A DNA stretch of 60,983 nt, filler included, from Dimargaris cristalligena (Eukaryota): NCBI GenBank assembly GCA_003614675.1. It is 14 parts of 14 records of this genome, joined end to end, with 100 filler letters (N's around TTAATTAATTAA, not from the genome) between each part and the next. Parts side by side here need not be neighbours in the genome. Positions count along the whole stretch, not along the records: positions 8,791 to 13,075 come from ML003804.1; positions 13,176 to 17,447 come from ML003805.1; positions 17,548 to 21,812 come from ML003806.1; positions 21,913 to 26,176 come from ML003807.1; 10 more parts are not named here. The stretch is one strand, 5' to 3'. The position numbers and the translations under genes were made by a program. Each line of letters begins with the position of its first letter. Positions within the stretch are counted from its first letter, which is position 1. This document shows, piece by piece, positions 11,513 to 22,939 of the stretch. The notes below the pieces were generated by a model. That model saw only the letters and a list, made by a program, of their open reading frames with translations, was not told the origin of the DNA and ran no database searches.

Positions 11513-13075
11513 GTTCAACACACTAGGGCTCCCAACCATGACCCTCCATACACAATGATATCTGATTACCTCCAATGGTAGTAGAAAAGGCATGTGCAAA
11601 TGTGGCCAGTAGTAAATCTTAAGGGGTAACTCACCATTGGGGGGCTAGCTGGAATAGAAGAGTATTGGTAGACTTAGAATCAAACTCCAAAGACACAAAG
11701 AGGTGAGCCACTGGATATTCCTCAGTTCTTATATCCAGTGGAGGCAGCAGATAATAAATATCAGCAATATGTTGATCTGGACATATCTGCATAGGCCAAA
11801 TGTCTGCAGAGAGAGTACTGCAGTAATCAGCCAATTGAGTAGCCCAGGTTTGGAACAACATTATCTTTGATGGAAGGGGCTTACCAAGTAATAGTGAATT
11901 TAAATCCTCAATGAGTATCCTCCAGGAAACTAAGTCCACCAGAATATGGTGAATAGTGAAGAAGAATTGGGTATTGAGTAGGTCAGCTGGGTTGTGGATA
12001 AGTGCTGCAGCAACTACTGGGCCAATAATTAGATTGAGACTCAATTGGACTTCTAGAATAAAGGCCAAATAGTCATCAGGGTCCAGGGTCTTCTCCAATA
12101 CCAGAAGATCAGTGTTTGTGGCTGTTTCAGTAGGGATTGACTGAGTACATTTCTGTCCATTTTTACCAAGTTGGAACCTTGCCCAGAGAATATCATGGTG
12201 GTTAAATAAGGCAATAAGAGCATCAGTGAGAGTGGATTGGGATAGGGGGAAATATGGACCAGCCTTGAAAGAAAATGATTAGTTGAAATAGCAGGGATTT
12301 TTAAAGTGAAGATTAGCAAACCAGTGCTGAATGGGGGTGAGAGCTACATCCCCTGTAACTTGGCCCTGTCAAGAAAAACCAGTGCCCAAAATGGTACTGG
12401 TTTCTTGCAGGATGTACAGAACCTGTTGATTTAGTTTAGGGTACTGGTAGATCAAAGGGACAGTAATCTGGTAACCCAATGGCTGATACTTGGATACAAG
12501 TAGAATGGCTAAGATTGAATCTCCACCAATCCTGAAGAAATAGTCTAAACATCTAATTTGATCTGCAGTCTTCTGCAGTACCTGGGCCCAGGCCTGTTGG
12601 AAGCTGTGTTCAATACTATTCAGTAGTTGATCTTCTGAATCACTTGGGGATGGTTGGTCTAAAAGGTGGTTGATTGGTGGAAGGGCTTTATGATCTAGGT
12701 TGGTTGGGTAGGCATACAGACAAGGGTATCCTGTACTATCTTTGCCACATGATTTTTCAGCCCAGTGAAATAGCCTACAACATTTTCTATTTCCCCGAGC
12801 TCAATGCAAAACCCACACAGTTTAACTTGGTTGTCAATCTGGCCCAGGAATCCAATTATGCCTTTGTGGAGCCATCAAACATGATTACCGGTCTGGTAAA
12901 CTTTCCCAGGACCATGGGGATTATTGATGAATTTAGCTCGCGTTAGTTCGGGTAGGTTTTGGTAACCTCAGGCAAGACCAATTCCCCCAATAAGCAACTC
13001 ACCAGGGACACCCACCGGCGCCAATTGAAGCTGGTCATCCACCACTGAGTTGGTCACATTTTGAAGAGGCCGGCC
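11513..13075 (-). pseudogene. NRPS pseudogene fragment, adenylation-thiolation-epimerization (A-T-E)
   Basis: Minus strand: GLA*GY (A6), VYQTGN (A7), LGQIDNQVKLCGFCIELGEIE (A8), PCP DYFFRIGGDSI at about 12516-12545, E-domain HHILVDLVSWRILIEDL. Stops and frameshifts present; cut by the gypsy LTR. Confidence 0.92.
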
Positions 13076-13175
13076 NNNNNNNNNNNNNNNNNNNNNNNNN
13101 NNNNNNNNNNNNNNNNNNNTTAATTAATTAANNNNNNNNNNNNNNNNNNNNNNNNNNNNNNNNNNNNNNNNNNNN

Positions 13176-15686
13176 CAACGCGTTGAGGAACGGAAAAAAC
13201 AACCCGCGGTCCCGGTTGGGGAACTGGTGGGCGGTCCGCTACAGTCGCTGGCTGGGCCAACAGCGGTTCCCCTAGACCGGGCACCTGGCGCGCATCGAGG
13301 TCGGGATCCGCTACCCCCCGCCCAGGGACGCTACAATCTCCGCGCCCACGTCACTTCACCCCGTCGGATGCAGTACAACGCAAATTTCGAACTCGAAAGT
13401 ATGGAAAAGGTACCCTACCACCGGCAACCCGTCGAGGCCTCCGGGTTGAAAGATTCGTTTCTACTGACTAGTGGGGGAAGTTCGGCCGATAGCCCCTTTT
13501 TCACGCAGCTGGCCGCCACATCATTCGAAAAGAGTGGTTTGAGCCCGATTAACCCCCACGATCACTACATGGCAACCACCCCTCTCGGCGGGCCCGCCCG
13601 AGGCCCTGCGAACCATAGGAATATGGCCACCATGACCCCGGGGCTGATTGATTTGGCCGACGAAAATATTCCTAATATCATGGATATGAGCCCCTACCTG
13701 CATAGTCAAAGTGTTTTGCATACCCAGAACGGCGCTCCATTACCGGACCAGCCCTTGTGGCAGGAACCCCAGTGGATGCAGCCCCCGCAAGTCGAGGCCA
13801 ACCTTAACTCGATACACAACCCCAACCTCAACGCACATCCCAACCCCGCTGAAGGAATCCAAAATGGCTACGGTCTCCCTAATGATATCGATAATGACTC
13901 GGCCGCCCCTACCGTGGTGGACGGATCGGACGGAGAGCCCGAGCCAACCCCCACCTATCCTCATCCCCATATCCAGCCCCCACCGGCGGTCATTCCACCT
14001 GGATCCAGTTTGCGCCGGCGGAGGGGTCTGGGCTCAGTGACCGACAATATGAGTTACGGCCACATTTCGCATAGCAACCGGTTCTCCGAATTCCGGTCCG
14101 ATTACCCCCAAATCCGGCTCGCCCATTATGGTATGGGTTATTTCCTGACGGACACCTACCTTCTCTGCAAATACCACGCCGGCTTCGTCTGGCGGACCGC
14201 TGCCTGGCCCCTCTACCAACTGGCCCGCCTTCTGTATAATCTCGCGGCGCTGACCCTTCGTCTATGGCTGGTGCCCCCCCTGGCATGGCTCATTATGGTG
14301 GTTTGTCTGGTGGTTAATCGACTGGCCCGGGTGGCCGGACGGACCCGCCCGGGACCTATGCCGCTTCTACCGGCTCAGCACCGCCTCCTGGCCTACGGGA
14401 TATTCATGTTTGCCATACTGCTCGGTGGCCATCGGCCGGCTTCACAGGCTTGGCAATCGGTTAACCAATGGGGTCCCCCCTCTGCTCCCAGTAACACCGG
14501 TTCCTGGTCGGACCGCTGGTGGCCTTGGGGGCCCGGTGCCGAAGATGTGGACAGCTCCATGGGTCAGCCCTTCCTACCATCTGTGCCCACCCTGGCCGAA
14601 TTACCCGGTAGCCTCAAGGGTGCCTTGGATGACCTATTGGCAGTGATTCAGAAGCGCCTGCTAAACGTCGAACGCCACACCCGAAACCTACTGACTATGG
14701 AGCCGAGGTTACAATCATCGATGGACAACCTTAAGCAGGACCTGGAAGCCCAGCGTGGTGCCCTAGAGGAGCAGGCCAAGCAACTGGGGGCCACCCAGGA
14801 CCGATTGGAGCGTGATGTGAAACAGGTACGAGAGGCTCAGGAACGGATCGATCAGCTTACCAAGGGTGTCACAGTGGACCCCGAGCAAATCAGCTTGGAA
14901 ATCCAGCGAGCGTTGCGTACTTTCCAGGCCGATATTCTGGCTCGCCCCGACTACGCCCTATTCGCGGCGGGGGGTCGCGTCATCCCTCTACTGACTTCCC
15001 CCACCTACGAGCCGGGCACGGACGCCCAGGGTCGGCCCATTTCCGGCTGGCGTTCAGCTCTGGCCGGTTTGTTTGGTGTGGGCACCTCGTCCCTCAGTAA
15101 CGGTCCCTCGGTTGTCCTCGACGCCGATACAACGCTAGGTAGCTGCTGGCCCTTCCGGGGTACGGTGGGTCAGCTGGGGGTGCGGCTCTCTCGCCCGGTC
15201 ATCCCGGCCGCGTTTACCGTTGAACACGTATCCCCCAAGGTGGCAATCGATATCAGTAGTGCCCTCCAGCAGTTTGAGGTCTGGGCTATTTTTGATCACC
15301 GGGACTTGCGAAAGACAACCACGACAGTGTCCATTTCGGCGGATAGTAGCGCTTCGCCGACCACCGTAGCGGAGCATATTATAAACGAGACGGACAGTAA
15401 TGATCTTACCGACCAGTCGCTGCCCCTAACATTATTATCCCCGCCGCCCCCTGTCAACTCAGCCGCTGGGACCGCCGGCCACGAGCGCCCCAGTATGCTC
15501 TTGGGAACTTATACATATACTCCCAACGCCGATAACCCAATTCAGACCTATGCTATCGAATCTACCGTACTGGCAAGTCTTAAGGATCGTGTAAGCCAGG
15601 TTCGGGCCGTGCAACTTCGTGTCCTCTCGAACCATGGTCATAACCAGTACACTTGTTTGTACCGTTTCCGGGTCCATAGCGAATAG
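13176..15686 (+). CDS. sad1: SUN-domain (Sad1/UNC-84) inner nuclear membrane protein, 5'-truncated
   Basis: Frame open from the contig edge. TM segments, coiled coil, then PDYALFAAGGRVI, GSCWPFRG..GQLGVRLSRPV, FTVEHV and VLSNHGHNQYTCLYRFRVH. Confidence 0.95.
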   Translation, partial: QRVEERKKQPAVPVGELVGGPLQSLAGPTAVPLDRAPGAHRGRDPLPPAQGRYNLRAHVTSPRRMQYNANFELESMEKVPYHRQPVEASGLKDSFLLTSGGSSADSPFFTQLAATSFEKSGLSPINPHDHYMATTPLGGPARGPANHRNMATMTPGLIDLADENIPNIMDMSPYLHSQSVLHTQNGAPLPDQPLWQEPQWMQPPQVEANLNSIHNPNLNAHPNPAEGIQNGYGLPNDIDNDSAAPTVVDGSDGEPEPTPTYPHPHIQPPPAVIPPGSSLRRRRGLGSVTDNMSYGHISHSNRFSEFRSDYPQIRLAHYGMGYFLTDTYLLCKYHAGFVWRTAAWPLYQLARLLYNLAALTLRLWLVPPLAWLIMVVCLVVNRLARVAGRTRPGPMPLLPAQHRLLAYGIFMFAILLGGHRPASQAWQSVNQWGPPSAPSNTGSWSDRWWPWGPGAEDVDSSMGQPFLPSVPTLAELPGSLKGALDDLLAVIQKRLLNVERHTRNLLTMEPRLQSSMDNLKQDLEAQRGALEEQAKQLGATQDRLERDVKQVREAQERIDQLTKGVTVDPEQISLEIQRALRTFQADILARPDYALFAAGGRVIPLLTSPTYEPGTDAQGRPISGWRSALAGLFGVGTSSLSNGPSVVLDADTTLGSCWPFRGTVGQLGVRLSRPVIPAAFTVEHVSPKVAIDISSALQQFEVWAIFDHRDLRKTTTTVSISADSSASPTTVAEHIINETDSNDLTDQSLPLTLLSPPPPVNSAAGTAGHERPSMLLGTYTYTPNADNPIQTYAIESTVLASLKDRVSQVRAVQLRVLSNHGHNQYTCLYRFRVHSE

Positions 15687-16361
15687 AGTGGGACAGGAGG
15701 GGTATACAACGGGCCTTTGGGGATATGTGTTCTCCTTTATCCTATTTTGCTTTGCTACAATTGCCCTTTGAAGACCCGTTCTTCTAATAATTCGATTATA
15801 TTCGTGCTATTTTTTGGCGTTGCATATTGCTTTAGCCGGTGCCTTAAATTTATAACCCTCCTTTAATCCACCCCATCTGTTGGAACGCACACAGTGTCAT
15901 TGTACTATTTCTACCCAACTAATCATCTGTTGACGATCAGTTAGTATTCTATTTTAATTTTTTTAAAGGTTAAACACTTTACCTGACGCTTGATTATCTT
16001 GATCATCATACAGTTTTATATATCCCTTTCACGCTTGACATCAATTAAATTAGTAAATTATCGATTTTTTTTATAAAGCAATCTATATAAAATACATTAA
16101 ATGGGCCTAATTTGGTGGAATAGTTTGTTAATGGGGAATACTATCGTTGGAGCCAATAGGTTGCCGCTCCTTACCTTTTTTTTTATATAGAATAACTCGA
16201 ATTTGCCTAACCGGGCTGGTTGGTGTTGGCCATAGCTTGTAGTGCAAGTGTCATTGCACTGATTCAACTCATTTCACTGGGGATTCAATACATGCCCCAC
16301 TACCATTCTCCACCTCGTTCTAGCCTTATATTATTATTACCTATTTCTCAATTTTTTTGAC

Positions 16362-17447
16362 ATGCTGCGTTATTGGCCAAGCACCGTCGTCCGGATTCCC
16401 GGTTTGCCCTTGGGACCCACCACTGGCTCTAGTTTTCGTTCGAGGGAAGGTCGACAGGTCATCGCTAATGTCACTAGCTTGCATTCAGCACGCACCCTCT
16501 TCCATTCACTTTCTCTACCGGGCGAAGGGGGATCAACTCGTCGGTGCCATTCGCCTGGCTTCAATTCCCAGCATTTCCTTCAACAGCGGTGCATTACTCT
16601 CCCGCCCATTCCGCCTCTCCCCAATTTAACCGCGCGGTATTCAAACCCGGGAAATAATCCCAATGGCGTCAACCTCCATGTGGCCAAGGGCGAATTTCTG
16701 CGAACCATTTCGGAGGCGGCGACCACGACCGGACTATTGAACCTCTACGACCAAGTAAAAGGGTCTGATATAGGGGAACTGCTTTATTCGCCCGATCACC
16801 GTAGGGTAATTAAGGCCCTATTACAACTCTATCTTCAGGAACAGGCCCAGCGGCGAAATCAATCATCACCATTGCCATCACCCCGGTCGCGGCAAACGAC
16901 GCCCGAACCACTGGAACCCCAACCCGCTTCATTGCCCGCCCGCCATAGACTGCCTCCGGTGGTATCCGAGGGGGCCTCGTTAAAACGGCTGGCCGACCGT
17001 ATCGAAGAGAATTTGCTCCATTGGCTCGGCCACGCGCGCGGTATTAACGGCAATGCCCACGAATGCGCCGTTTTCCAGGATTTCGATTACAACAGCGTGG
17101 TGTATACGCTGATCAAGCTAGGCCGTCTCGAAAGGGCCTGGGAAGTCTTTCAATCGGCCTCCCTGAATCAGGTCGCCCTTACCCCCCAAACCATCCTGGT
17201 CTTTTTGCTAGCCAACCGAGGCCGAGCCGATTTACGGACCGCCCAACGAGTGGCGGCGTACGGAATTGCCCACCAGATTATTCTCCCCATCACCGGTTAC
17301 AATCTACTTCTAGAGACATTTTACAAACGCAATAGTGGGCGGGACTTGGAGAGTTTGCATGGGTACATGGTGAAGCACGCCGTGGCCCTGGACGACTATA
17401 GTTACGGATTGCTGATGCGCCACTTCGCCGACCACGGACGGCGGGAC
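16362..17447 (+). CDS. Pentatricopeptide-repeat protein, probably mitochondrial, 3'-truncated
   Basis: Arg/Ser-rich acid-poor N-terminus. About 35-aa PPR-like units (YNSVVYTLIKLGRLERAWEVF, YNLLLETF, DDYSYGLLMRHFADHG). ORF runs into the gap. Confidence 0.8.
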
Positions 17448-17765
17448 NNNNNNNNNNNNNNNNNNNNNNNNNNNNNNNNNNNNNNNNNNNNTTAATTAAT
17501 TAANNNNNNNNNNNNNNNNNNNNNNNNNNNNNNNNNNNNNNNNNNNNCTCATCAAAGTGATTAAACCGGCACTGACCACTTGTGAAGTACTGGATTACCA
17601 TCAAACGCACATGTGATGTTTATGAAGTTTACGGAAATGTGACTGCGCTCTGTGCTAGTACTTTGATCTTTGATTCCATAGGCAAAGCGACCTTGTATCG
17701 CCTGCATGGGCCTCATCAGCAGCGGGTCGCCCATTTCTAGACTTTGAAAGAAGTGGCTTGACAAG

Positions 17766-17776
17766 CATATAAAAAG
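17766..17776 (+). promoter_or_regulatory. TATA box of the NmrA-like gene
   Basis: TATAAAAA about 165 bp upstream of the ATG at 17932, which sits in a CACCATGG context. Confidence 0.55.
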
Positions 17777-17931
17777 CAGCCCTCGCCTCCCCCAATGGAC
17801 TCTTCAGTCCGACTTGAATCATTCCATCATCACTACAGTCCACCCTATTCCCTCTAAGCCGCTTCAATTCCCAATCCTATTACTTTTACTACACTTTTTT
17901 CATTTCACTCCCTACCCATCCCACCACCACC

Positions 17932-18957
17932 ATGGCCTGCCTCCGCTCTAACAAAATCACCCTCTGCGTCACCTCCTGCGACCAGTGGATCGGCTTCAGC
18001 TTCTGCTATGGGATGCTGCATGGTAAGGCCCGCGACTGTATCGAGAGAATCTACTGTGGTGTGACCGATGAGAACCGCGAGTGGGCCAAGATGCTCCGCA
18101 AGGAGGACCGTGTGCACCTGTTCAAGTACAGCGAGGACCACATGCAGGATATCGGCAAGTACTTCAAGGAAGCTGATGCCGTGATCCTGGTGCCCGTCCA
18201 CCAGCACCTCTCCCAGTCCGGCGAACAGCATGTTCCCAACCTGTGGAAGTGTTTCCTGGAGTGCGCCATGGAAGTCCAGGTGCGGTGCCTGACCATGCTG
18301 TCGGTGCTTAATCTCGACAAGGCCGAGGGCCAGCTCCTGAAGATGCTCCACCACATGGAGAAAATGTTCAAGGAGTGCATCGAGGGAGGCGGCCACGGCC
18401 AGCACCGCGGTCACCAGATGCACGGCCTGGTCCTCCGGATGGCCCTGCCCATGGAACACCTGTACTTCTTCCAGGACCGCATCCAGGGTGAGAGCCAGAT
18501 CCCCCTACCCCTCAAGGACCATAAGTTTGCCCCCATGGCCATGTTCGACTTGGCCACCGGGTACCTGCGTCTGGTGGGTAAGCACATGAAGCAACATGAG
18601 GTAATCTGCGGTGTTGATGAGCAGGATATCTGGCTGTCCAAGGGCAAGATGCACCTAATCTGTGCCACGGGCCCTGAGAAGGTGACCGGCAAATGTATTG
18701 CCGAGGAGGCCAGCAGTGCCCTGGACACCAAGTTCGAGTTCAAGCGCATTTCCATGGACGAGCTCAAGCACTGCCTCAAGGAACACGGCTACCTGCGTGA
18801 GGAGGAGATTTCATGTATGGTGGAGATTTTTGAGCACATCAACAAGGGCCACATGGATGAAGTGACCAAGGACCTCGAGAAGATGCTAGGCCACAAGCCC
18901 ACCACAGTCAAGCAGTTCTTCCAGCACTACGAGAAGGACTTCAAGCCCCAGCACTAG
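17932..18957 (+). CDS. Atypical SDR/NmrA-like Rossmann-fold protein, His/Cys/Met-rich
   Basis: Intronless 341 aa with extreme C/G third-position bias. NmrA-like C-terminus (TGPEKVTGKCIAEEASSAL, VTKDLEKMLGHKPTTVKQFF). No canonical GxxGxxG. Confidence 0.8.
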   Translation: MACLRSNKITLCVTSCDQWIGFSFCYGMLHGKARDCIERIYCGVTDENREWAKMLRKEDRVHLFKYSEDHMQDIGKYFKEADAVILVPVHQHLSQSGEQHVPNLWKCFLECAMEVQVRCLTMLSVLNLDKAEGQLLKMLHHMEKMFKECIEGGGHGQHRGHQMHGLVLRMALPMEHLYFFQDRIQGESQIPLPLKDHKFAPMAMFDLATGYLRLVGKHMKQHEVICGVDEQDIWLSKGKMHLICATGPEKVTGKCIAEEASSALDTKFEFKRISMDELKHCLKEHGYLREEEISCMVEIFEHINKGHMDEVTKDLEKMLGHKPTTVKQFFQHYEKDFKPQH

Positions 18958-20211
18958 GCAGCTGGAGTACAATGATCTTATTGACTTGGGTATACCGGGT
19001 TACTGTCACATCTTGTTGCACCCCAAACTACTCATTACTTTGTTTTTCTAGTCCTTTTTGCATGATTATCTGGACCATTTATCCTACGGTTTGTTGCATG
19101 TAGCCTTGCTTGATTCGAGATCCGTAAATTGCACCTTAGTGAATGCCAATAAAAATAAAATCAGCCGCAATAGCTACAACAACTGATGGCCCTAACAGCA
19201 ATGCGAACGATGATTCATTGGGTTATACAAATAATATAAAAATGACTAATAGCTAATTTGAGCTTGTGTCAGGGTGTCCGTTACATATATATCGTTGGAT
19301 CGGGTGGGGGAATTCATTATAGGATAAAGCGGCATTATCATAGATCCACTGTCGATTTCGGTTTGAACTTGCGAGCGACTCTTTCGCTGGTGGTGAATCT
19401 GAATTGGTCCCCGAAAATAGAATATACCATGTTCTTGTAGGTAAAGCAAAAGACGGTGGCGGCCTTCGATAAAGCTAAAGTGGACGAAAAGGATAGTCGA
19501 CATTCCCATAATAGGGCCATAAATCGGTTATTAGAGTGTCGTTCAAAATATCCTGTTATTCAGTACTTGCGTCTATACTGGGCATATTGTAATCGAAGCG
19601 ACTAGGTAGGGACTATTCTAACTTACATTTCAGCTCATCGTTTTTAGTTATAACTTTAAACATATTTTTCGTTTCCTGAACAACGATTCCCCGCTGGCCC
19701 ACCAGACTTGGGCACTTGGATTTGACGACTGATGGAGATGGGTAAGAAGCGTTGTTAAACGTTATTTAGTTTTCTATTCGGCCAAAAAAAAACCCACAAA
19801 TTTAGATCGGAATACTTGCCGAACCACGCGCAGGCCTGCCCTTGTCTAACTCGCCGACGGAATTATAATCCCAACTTAAACTTACCTGTTAGGATACAGC
19901 CGTGAAGATCGGCTTTAAGTATTTTTTCCAGTGAAGCTTGGCTAGTGCCCGTGATATTCAAGGCGCCCATGTACTGGTTCCACAGCTCATGTAGCGGTTC
20001 GAATAGGGCATATCTGGTATGAGGCAGTGAATTGAATGTCGGGACATCGGATTTAGCAATGGGTAAGTATCGTATTTACAACAGCGCTCTATCTAGGTGG
20101 CTTATACCATAGGTCCCATTGAGAACGAATTCTAACTACACCTCCAAGGGGAATATCACCATCGAAAACAATCGACGTCTATAAGATATTAGAATAAAAT
20201 AAAATTTAAAC

Positions 20212-20610
20212 CTACTTTTGACTGGCCTTGGGGATATCGTATACCCGTAAAAGCTGTTTTTGTCTATTAGATATTTGCTTGGATTTCCAGCCCGGAGGCA
20301 GTTTCAAATGAGCAAGTTCACCTCCTTTACTTTCTAAAGCCTGTTGGGCCAGTCGCTTCTGGGTGTTCGAGCTTCTACTTGGAGGGGCCAGCAGTACATG
20401 GCCACGGTGAAGAAGCTCTTGGAAGCTACTCTTAGCATTGCCTCGTTCCAACGCAGCTTCAACGAAGAACTGGTCGAGAAGCATGCGTTGGGCGACGTTC
20501 ATCACCTCATTTTGCATTGGTACGACTGGGGCATCCCAAGTGGACGGGGAATCGTTGGACCCGCGTGACACGTCCGCGATGGACGAGTAGTCGCTAGGTT
20601 TGGGCGACAT
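20212..20610 (-). CDS. Hypothetical protein (132 aa)
   Basis: ATG-initiated ORF with plausible composition and an AT-rich 3' flank; no recognisable motif. Confidence 0.35.
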   Translation of the reverse strand: MSPKPSDYSSIADVSRGSNDSPSTWDAPVVPMQNEVMNVAQRMLLDQFFVEAALERGNAKSSFQELLHRGHVLLAPPSRSSNTQKRLAQQALESKGGELAHLKLPPGWKSKQISNRQKQLLRVYDIPKASQK

Positions 20611-21385
20611 GATCGTGGCAGGTGAGAGTCTGTCGGATTAGGGTAGAATGATCGTGACGGGCGAAGGGGGAAATGCAAGGTAAGAAAGTCGTTGGATTAA
20701 AACGTTTAATATATTGGGAAAAGTTCGACCTAACTGCATAGCGAAGATTCCACTGGACAAGGCACAAATGAGTCTCCCACCTGTTTGCCCATACACATCC
20801 CAAAACCCTCTACAGTTGTTGGACAGAATTTCACCCATATCGAGTAACTCCAGTCTTTCGATAGGTGGTTGTTTATTCTCTCGTTTTACTTGTTTTAATT
20901 ATAACTGGGTAGTGCAACTGCCAAACGGACGGAACAGCTGTGAAATGAACCGACCACGTGACCCGTTATCTCAGGAGATCCCCCGCCCAGCGATGAGCAA
21001 AGTTACCGACCCGATCAACCCTGAAACCGAACCTAAGGTATAGACCCGGAAATATTACCTGAAAATCAAGATTCAATAAATTTTAAATAAAATCATGATT
21101 TAATTATGTACACTAACCGGGTGGTGCAATGGGGGCCGAGGGGGGTTTGACTTAACTATGGGTAGTTCGATTGAGTTGGAACTATGAGTACTCACAATTT
21201 GCAATAAAGGTTAATTTAGATATTTATTTTATTGACACATAGCAAGCTTGAGGTGGTGCAGGCGCCTTTTTCTTTTATCACTCTGCTCCGATGCGTGGGT
21301 CGGGTGGGCTGACTACCATTCACTGGGCGTGTCGAGGTCCTGCTCTGTCGAGAAATCTGGCGACTTGTCGGTCTCCCAGTAGTTG

Positions 21386-21812
21386 GCCTCGGCCAGCAGT
21401 TGCAACAGTCCCCATTTTAACTCCCCCCTTGGATCCAAGCACACGTCAAACCCCCCGGTCTCCTTCGACTAAATTGGTAGACTATGGTTGAATACACCTG
21501 GTGCTTACTCGAAGGTGGAGGGGTATGTGTGTGGGAGTGGACTTATTCATTCCTATACAATCTGTACATGTTCGGGCGCTCTGTTGATCATCCGCATTTC
21601 ACATTCCTCTCCCTTATGACAATATGCTCTTTATTAGAATAAATCGCACCATAGAGGGAACGAGAAGAGTAATCTGCCGTTTGGTGCATCTACGGGGTTG
21701 AACCAAGGCAGTCACAATGATGACGGTTCATCGTTTAATAAAGCAGGTAAATCAACGACCGGCATGCGGGGGGGGGGGGGAAATGGGGACTGTTGCAACT
21801 GCTGGCCGAGGC
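21386..21812. repeat. Perfect 32-bp inverted repeat (MITE-like TIRs or chimera)
   Basis: GCCTCGGCCAGCAGTTGCAACAGTCCCCATTT at 21386-21417 and its exact reverse complement at 21781-21812 (contig end, after a poly-G run). Confidence 0.75.
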
Positions 21813-22024
21813 NNNNNNNNNNNNNNNNNNNNNNNNNNNNNNNNNNNNNNNNNNNNTTAATTAATTAANNNNNNNNNNNNNNNNNNNNNNNNNNNNNNNN
21901 NNNNNNNNNNNNTGGGTGTGCGTGTACAACTGCCACCTGCCTACCTCAGCCATCCCTTGAAAATATGGGGGGAACTGGCATTCCTCCCCAACTGCTGTGC
22001 ACTTTCTTCTGCTACCTTACACTC

Positions 22025-22604
22025 TGTTGGCCCTCCTAATCCGACTTAATCCAGACCTAACAATTACACATCCATATTAGGCCTTATAGTACCCTATTAA
22101 CCCACCTATAGTCATCCCCAGTACTATAGGATCCCACTTATTATTAACCCCACTCATTCTGACCCTAACACTTGCACTCCAAGCACTCAACTTTCTGATC
22201 CAAGACTCTTCCAGTTCCCATGAGAGTCTTCCCAATGTGAAGCTATCCAGTTGTATCCTTTACCTATCCATACCTTAGTCTTAGTAGTATTTCCCTTGGG
22301 ACCTCCCTCTGGAGCTGTCCCTGTATATATATAACCAGGCCCTCCTGGGACTGGTTTAATCCCTTAGCTTTATTCATATCCCCCAGTTTACCTTAATAAA
22401 CTCTATATACACTCACTCCCCATCTAACCAGTAAGTGTGCTGCTGCACATCACTTGCATTTGTCTGCACTTATCCTTTATTAGTTAGTACCCTGCCCCCT
22501 ATCCTAATGCTAGTAGCCCACTTGGCCAAGCCTAAGCCCCACTTTCCATTAGAAGCCTATCCCCAGGACTCTTAATGGACTAAGAGTAGTTAACCTGGGT
22601 GACA
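22025..22604 (+). mobile_element. Solo LTR, family A, TSD CACTC
   Basis: TGTTGGCCC ... GGGTGACA, with CACTC at 22020-22024 and 22605-22609. Confidence 0.93.
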
Positions 22605-22939
22605 CACTCCTTATCTATTGCAACCCTGTATTAGGATGGATAATCCAACTTACATGTAGTTCAATTAGTCTTTGGAGAGAAGTAGGCTAGGATTACTGTG
22701 TAGTTTGTGACTCTGCCCTAAAAACCCAAATCAATTTCGGGTCATTAGGACTAACTATATAGTCTCTAGTCATTATATTATTGAAGTAAGTCGTTAAACA
22801 AGTTTATTGTGCCAAACCCTTTCATCCCAAAGAGTGCCCATCTTATAGAAGTTATGATGGCCGCAATTGAGGGGTTCCAAAAGAACGTTTGTAAAGAACA
22901 AGACAGGGTTAAAGTGAGGGCAGGAAGAGAGAAGTAGCG

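Noticed and set aside
17905-18779. Long antisense ORFs over the NmrA-like gene (likewise over TPA1 and LAS1)
   Set aside because: By-product of strong GC3 codon bias.
13176-18957. Possible gene cluster linking SUN, PPR, NmrA-like and NRPS genes
   Set aside because: The genes are on separate contigs except SUN and PPR, which have no evident functional link.
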